DNA of 32,000 nt, taken from an uncultured Actinomycetes bacterium. Lineage in GTDB: Bacteria; Actinomycetota; Actinomycetes; S36-B12; CAIYMF01. Position 1 is the stretch's first letter; each line of letters opens with the position of its first letter. A program made the position numbers and the translations under genes. Positions 27,865 to 32,000 of the stretch are shown piece after piece. The stretch lies in assembly GCA_963843975.1 (NCBI GenBank), contig CAWJMG010000001.1, positions 1,020,001-1,052,000 on the forward strand. The letters run 5' to 3'. A model generated the notes under the pieces. The model saw only the letters and a program-made list of their open reading frames with translations. It was not told where the DNA came from and made no database searches.

Positions 27865-29251
27865 TCAGGTGCGCCACTGCAGCCGGACCTGGCCGGGTTC
27901 GAAGTGCCTGCCGGGGCCGGCTGGCAGGACGGTGACCTGGACCAGGGTGGTGACGACGTCGCGGCGCTGCTGGTGGGTGAGGCGGGTCCAGGCTGCGGGC
28001 AGGGATCGGTCGGGTCGGCTGCGCCCGGAGGCCGCGAGCAGGGCTGCGAGCGCGGGCGCCCGTAGGGCGTGGGCGTAGTCGCTGTCCAGTTCTGCTAGTG
28101 CGTGTCGGCCGTGGCGGGTAATGGCGGCGAGCTGGGCGGCGTCGAGGTCGCCCGCGCTGAACGCGGCGGTCGCCTGCGCGATCCGGGTCCGGATGCGCGC
28201 CATCTCCCGGCTCAGCGAACCTCTGTCCCGGGTCCCGGCGACGTCGGGGTGGCCGGGCAAGGCCAGGGCGCCGTCGAGGCGCAGCCGGTTCAGGACGGCA
28301 TCGACCACGACGGCGTCGACCTTGTCGAGTCGGCGGCTCAGGTGCAGCCGCGGGCAGCGGTAGATCCGTCGCCCGGTCCGGCCGTCGCTGTTCACCCCGA
28401 GGCGCTCCCCGCAGATCCCGCAGGTCGCAAGGCGGCTGAGCAGGTGCTTGCGCACAGGGTCCGCGGCGATGCGCCGGGCGGGCTCGTCGAGCTCGGCGAC
28501 CAGCTGCTGATGCGCCTCCATGGTCAGGATCGGGGTCCAAGCCGCTGTGGCCACGGGGATGCCGTGGTAGGTGGCGATGCCGGCGTAGCGGGGGTTGCGC
28601 AGGACCTTGATCAGCGACGACGCCCGCCACTGGGCCCCGGTCGAGCTCAGGATGCCGCGGGCGTTGAGGTCGCGTGCAAGCGACGCGATGCTGCGCCCGG
28701 TCAGCGCCTGCTCGGCGGCCCAGCGCAGCGCGTTGGCCTCCCGGCGCAGGACGCGTCCGGCCAGGTCGTAGCCGAAGGGGCGCCGGACCAGCCGCACGTG
28801 GCCGTGTTCGGCGCGCTGCTTGTTGGCGCGTCGCTGCCGGATGCCCTTGCGCTCGACCTCGGCCTGCGCGACCGAGGCTCAGGATCCGGGCGACCAGCCG
28901 CCCGGAGTCGGTGCCGGGGTCCAGCTCGCCGGTGGCGGTCGCGATCTGGATGCCCGCGCCTTGGCAGGCGGCCAAGACGGGTTCGAGATCGGCGAGGCGC
29001 CGCACGAGCCTGTCCACGTGCCAGGCCACGATCACGTCGAAGCCGTGGCTGGACGCGGACTTCATCATCGCCTCGAAAGCGGGGCGGCGTCGGGCAGTCG
29101 CGGAGACGTCGTTGTCGACAAACTCTTGCACCACCCGCCAGCCGCGCGAGCGTGCCAGTTCCGTGCAGTCCACCCTCTGACGGGAGACCGCTTCGCCCTC
29201 GCCGCTGGCGTCGACCGACTGCCGGAGATACAGCACTGCTCGGACCACCAT
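27865..29251 (-). pseudogene. Large serine recombinase (resolvase/invertase N-domain + recombinase domain + zinc-ribbon), frameshifted near 28871-28876
   Basis: The N-terminus MVVRAVLYLRQSVDASGEGEAVSRQR...VIVAWHVDRLVRRLADLEPVLAAC..GIQIATATGELD..DSGRLVARILS contains the catalytic Ser in YxRxS. It continues one base over as VAQAEVERKGIRQRRANKQRAEHG..RPFGY...LRNPRYAG...CGICGERL...YRC. The span is 1387 nt (1 mod 3). Confidence 0.88.
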
Positions 29252-29381
29252 CACGGCACCTCGCACACCCTTGACGCCGGTGCCATCCGTGGCCAGTCGC
29301 GGACATCCTGGAGCCGGAGTGAAGTGACCCCAGCGGGCCGGACGCCTCCAGACTTGGCAGTAGCCAAGGAGGGAGGCCGGG

Positions 29382-29672
29382 ATGCCGGCGCTGAGCAAGT
29401 ACCCCGACGAGTTCAAGCGGCAGGCTGCGTCGCTTGTGGTTGACGGTGGCCGTGGCGTGCGTGATGTCGCGCGTGAGCTCGACGTCAATCACGAGACGCT
29501 GCGGAACTGGGTCGCGGCGATGCGTAAGGAACGTGCGGCCCCGGGCGGGCCGATCACTGCCGATGACCGTGCCGAGTTGGTGCGGCTGCGGCGCAAGGTC
29601 GCTGAGCTCGAGTTGGAGAAGGAGATCCTGAGAAAAGCCGCGGTCTTCTTCGCCAAGGAGACGGGCCGGTGA
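29382..29672 (+). CDS. IS3-family transposase OrfA (helix-turn-helix + leucine-zipper-like segment)
   Basis: 96 aa: KYPDEFKRQAASLVVDGGRGVRDVARELDVNHETLRNWV...LRRKVAELELEKEILRKAAVFFAKE. Confidence 0.9.
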   Translation: MPALSKYPDEFKRQAASLVVDGGRGVRDVARELDVNHETLRNWVAAMRKERAAPGGPITADDRAELVRLRRKVAELELEKEILRKAAVFFAKETGR

Positions 29673-30577
29673 GCCGCAGCCTGCGCTGCGAGTTCATCGA
29701 CGCGGAGAAGACCACCTACGGAGTCCGCCGTCTCTGCCGGGTCCTGGCCGTGTCCAAGACCGCCTACTACGACTGGGTCGCCCGCGACGGCGGCCCGACT
29801 AGTCACGAGGTCGACGAGGCGTATGCGATCCACGAGCTGCGCCAGGCGTGGGTCGAGCACCGCGGTGTCTACGGAGCCCGCCGGCTGACCGCCGAAGCCA
29901 CCGACCGGGGCCACGAGTGGGCCCGCAAGCGGGTCGCCCGATTGATGAGCGTGGGCGGGTTCGAAGGCGTGCACAGGCGCCGCAAGGGCAAGAAAGGCAA
30001 GCGCGGAACGGGTCCGGCGCCGGCACCGGACCCGGTCAAGCGGCAGTTCACCGTCGCCGAGCCCAACCGGCTGTGGGTCGCGGACATCACCTACCTGCGG
30101 ACCTGGGAGGGGTTCCTCTACCTCGCCGTCGTCGTCGACGCCTGCCCCCGGCGGGTCGTCGGGTGGGCGATGGCCGACCACCTTGGCCGTGAGCTGGTCC
30201 TGGACGCGGTCGGGATGGCGATCTTCCGCCGCAGGCCCGAACGCGACCAGCTCGTGCACCACTCCGACCGCGGCAGCCAGTACACCTCCTACGACTTCGG
30301 CAAGGCGCTGCGCGCCTCCGGCGTGCTGGCCTCGATGGGCGCGGTCGGGACCGCGTATGACAACGCGATGTGCGAGTCGTTCTTCGCAACCTTGAAGGAG
30401 GAGCTGATCTACCGACGCTCCTGGGAGACCCGCCACGAGCTCGAGATGGAGGTCTTCTCCTACATCGAAGGCTTCTACAACCCCGTCCGACGACACAGCC
30501 GTCTGGACAACCTCAGCCCCATCGCCTACGAAGAGAACCTCACGACCCGAACGACACAGATCGAGGCGTCCGCCTGA
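29669..30577 (+). CDS. IS3-family transposase OrfB (rve integrase core)
   Basis: 302 aa: NRLWVADITYL...LAVVVDACPRRVVGWAM...HHSDRGSQYTS...GTAYDNAMCESFF (the D, D, E triad context). It is in the -1 frame relative to orfA and overlaps it by 4 nt. In vivo it is probably expressed as an OrfAB fusion. Confidence 0.92.
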   Translation: MSRSLRCEFIDAEKTTYGVRRLCRVLAVSKTAYYDWVARDGGPTSHEVDEAYAIHELRQAWVEHRGVYGARRLTAEATDRGHEWARKRVARLMSVGGFEGVHRRRKGKKGKRGTGPAPAPDPVKRQFTVAEPNRLWVADITYLRTWEGFLYLAVVVDACPRRVVGWAMADHLGRELVLDAVGMAIFRRRPERDQLVHHSDRGSQYTSYDFGKALRASGVLASMGAVGTAYDNAMCESFFATLKEELIYRRSWETRHELEMEVFSYIEGFYNPVRRHSRLDNLSPIAYEENLTTRTTQIEASA

Positions 30578-30839
30578 CCGGGGTCACTTCAGTAGTTCCC
30601 TCCGCGAGTTCCTTGGTCGGTTCTCACGAAGCCTCACACGATGGCCCCTCAACGCTCAGGAGGCAGACCCGGAGTTACACCACTCGACGGGACGTGACCA
30701 AGGAGAGGCCGCGAGTGTGTCGAGCCCAGTTGTGCCATATGCGGAACCCGCTACTGCACATGCAATTCACACCTGCTGTTGACCCTGCGATGACTCGATA
30801 CTGGGGTCCGCATTACCCAGGGTTGCCTAACCTCGCGGG

Positions 30840-31691
30840 ATGACCTCCTCCCCCCGCACTTCCCTTGCGACGCGTCAGATGCTGAACAAGGTCCCCGAGA
30901 TCACCGTGGTGTTCTGGGTCATCAAGATCCTGTGCACCACGGTCGGCGAGACGTTCGCAGACCTCCTGAACGACAAGCTGGGCCTCGGGCTCACCCTCAC
31001 GACGTACGTCATGGGGACGTTCCTGGCGTTGATGCTGATCGTGCAGTTCACCTACCGCCGCTACGTGCCCTCGGTGTACTGGACCGTCGTGGTGCTGCTC
31101 AGCGTCGTCGGCACGCTGATCACCGACAACATGACCGACAACTTCGGCATCCCGCTCGCGACATCGACGTTGCTCTTCGCTGCCGCACTCACGGTCACGT
31201 TCGTGGTCTGGTACGCCGTCGAGGGAACCCTGTCGATCCACAGCATCACCTCGATCCGGCGCGAGGTCTTCTACTGGCTCACGATCCTGTTCACCTTCGC
31301 CCTGGGCACGGCCGCCGGCGACCTGGTCGGGGAGAAGTTCGGCCTGGGCTATCTGTGGTCCGTCGTGCTGTGGGGGTCGCTGATCACGGTCATCGCGGTG
31401 GCGCACTCCCGGTTCGCCCTCAACGCTGTCCTGGCGTTCTGGTCCGCCTACGTCCTCACCCGCCCGCTGGGTGCCTCGATCGGGGACCTGCTGTCCCAGA
31501 AGCCGGTCGACGGCGGACTCGGCCTGGGCATCCTGAAGATCAGCGTCGTGTTCCTGCTGACCATCGCTGCGCTGGTCGGCTACCTCACCAGGACCCGCGC
31601 GGACGTCACCGAGTACCACCTCTCACCCGAGGACGACGCTCTCTTGGACCAGCAGGACGCCACCACAGTTCCCACCCCTCGCGCCTCATGA
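30840..31691 (+). CDS. Polytopic membrane protein (COG4705-like, uncharacterised)
   Basis: 283 aa with about 8 hydrophobic helices. The N-terminal NKVPEITVVFWVIKILCTTVGETFADLL and later GTAAGDL / RPLGASIGDLL repeats resemble the COG4705 family as I recall it. Confidence 0.75.
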   Translation: MTSSPRTSLATRQMLNKVPEITVVFWVIKILCTTVGETFADLLNDKLGLGLTLTTYVMGTFLALMLIVQFTYRRYVPSVYWTVVVLLSVVGTLITDNMTDNFGIPLATSTLLFAAALTVTFVVWYAVEGTLSIHSITSIRREVFYWLTILFTFALGTAAGDLVGEKFGLGYLWSVVLWGSLITVIAVAHSRFALNAVLAFWSAYVLTRPLGASIGDLLSQKPVDGGLGLGILKISVVFLLTIAALVGYLTRTRADVTEYHLSPEDDALLDQQDATTVPTPRAS

Positions 31692-32000
31692 ACCGACCCA
31701 TCGCCTTTGCCGGCCACGTCCGGCTGCAACCACAGGCCTGGCTCGTCCACGCACTCCGGACATGGCCCATCCTGCTTGCTGCGTGTTCGGCTGCGGTGAT
31801 CCTCGCGGGAATCACGGACGCCGTCGGCGAGAACGACGGCGTCACCGCGGTCGACCGGCCTGTCGCCGCCTGGTTCGCCGCGCACCGAACCCTCGCGCAG
31901 GGCCACCTCGGACTCCAGCTCGCGCACGCCACCTCACCGGCCGTCCTGATCGCACTGGTGCTGCTCACCGCCGTCGTCCTGCTGCGACGAGGCCTGCGCA
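31688..32000 (+). CDS. Putative PAP2-family phosphatase, N-terminal part (runs off the window)
   Basis: The ATG at 31688 overlaps the upstream stop (ATGA). The frame stays open to the window end with strong GC3 bias. MNRPIAF...ILLAACSAAVILAGITDAVGENDGVTAVDRPVAAWFAAHRT...VLIALVLLTAVVLL resembles the N-termini of actinobacterial PAP2 proteins. The catalytic motifs lie beyond the window. Confidence 0.5.
   Translation, partial: MNRPIAFAGHVRLQPQAWLVHALRTWPILLAACSAAVILAGITDAVGENDGVTAVDRPVAAWFAAHRTLAQGHLGLQLAHATSPAVLIALVLLTAVVLLRRGLR

Larger units (their letters stand above)
29320..30591 (+). mobile_element. IS3-family insertion sequence (1272 bp)
   Basis: Terminal inverted repeats are TGAAGTGACCCC...GGACGCCTC at 29320 and its complement ending at 30591 (12/12 terminal, 24/29 overall, TG...CA ends). 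It has orfA plus orfB in the -1 frame and a DDE/rve transposase. Confidence 0.9.

Noticed and set aside
27437-29488. 683-aa minus-strand ORF taken as one protein
   Set aside because: It is chimeric. Only residues from about MVVRAV to ARILS (the recombinase N-domain) and the last 102 residues (the separate Cys-rich protein with its own Shine-Dalgarno) look coding. The middle is off-frame recombinase sequence.

Overview
Very GC-rich (G/C-dominated third codon positions) chromosomal segment with actinobacterial gene content and order. Positions 1-22.3 kb and 30.8-32 kb are dense core genome. They carry scattered purine genes (purL, purQ, purS, purC, purB), galE, tRNA-Ser(GGA) next to the SRP RNA, and a TetR / HMG-CoA lyase / acyl-CoA dehydrogenase group interrupted by two GNAT genes. 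They also hold a SigE-family ECF sigma factor overlapping a 799-aa Cys-rich membrane protein, an 818-aa HerA-like P-loop ATPase, a PLP decarboxylase, a CaCA antiporter and a DUF202 protein. Positions 22.3-30.8 kb look like a decayed accessory island. It contains two arrays of an 84-88 bp tandem repeat bracketing a DUF2510 gene, a 20-bp perfect hairpin beside a tRNA-3-prime-like fragment, and about 1 kb of non-coding DNA. It also holds small redox-type cargo genes, a large serine recombinase with two downstream unknown ORFs, and an IS3-family element. Four genes (purS, HMG-CoA lyase, acyl-CoA dehydrogenase, serine recombinase) are each broken by what looks like one extra base. Each has a length of 1 mod 3, and none of the breaks lies in a homopolymer. 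No rRNA genes or CRISPR arrays were seen. The most unusual items are the repeat arrays with the tRNA-like fragment, the recombinase operon, the ECF sigma with its modular Cys-rich partner, and the orphan HerA-like ATPase. All family assignments rest on motif recognition by eye and were not database-checked.
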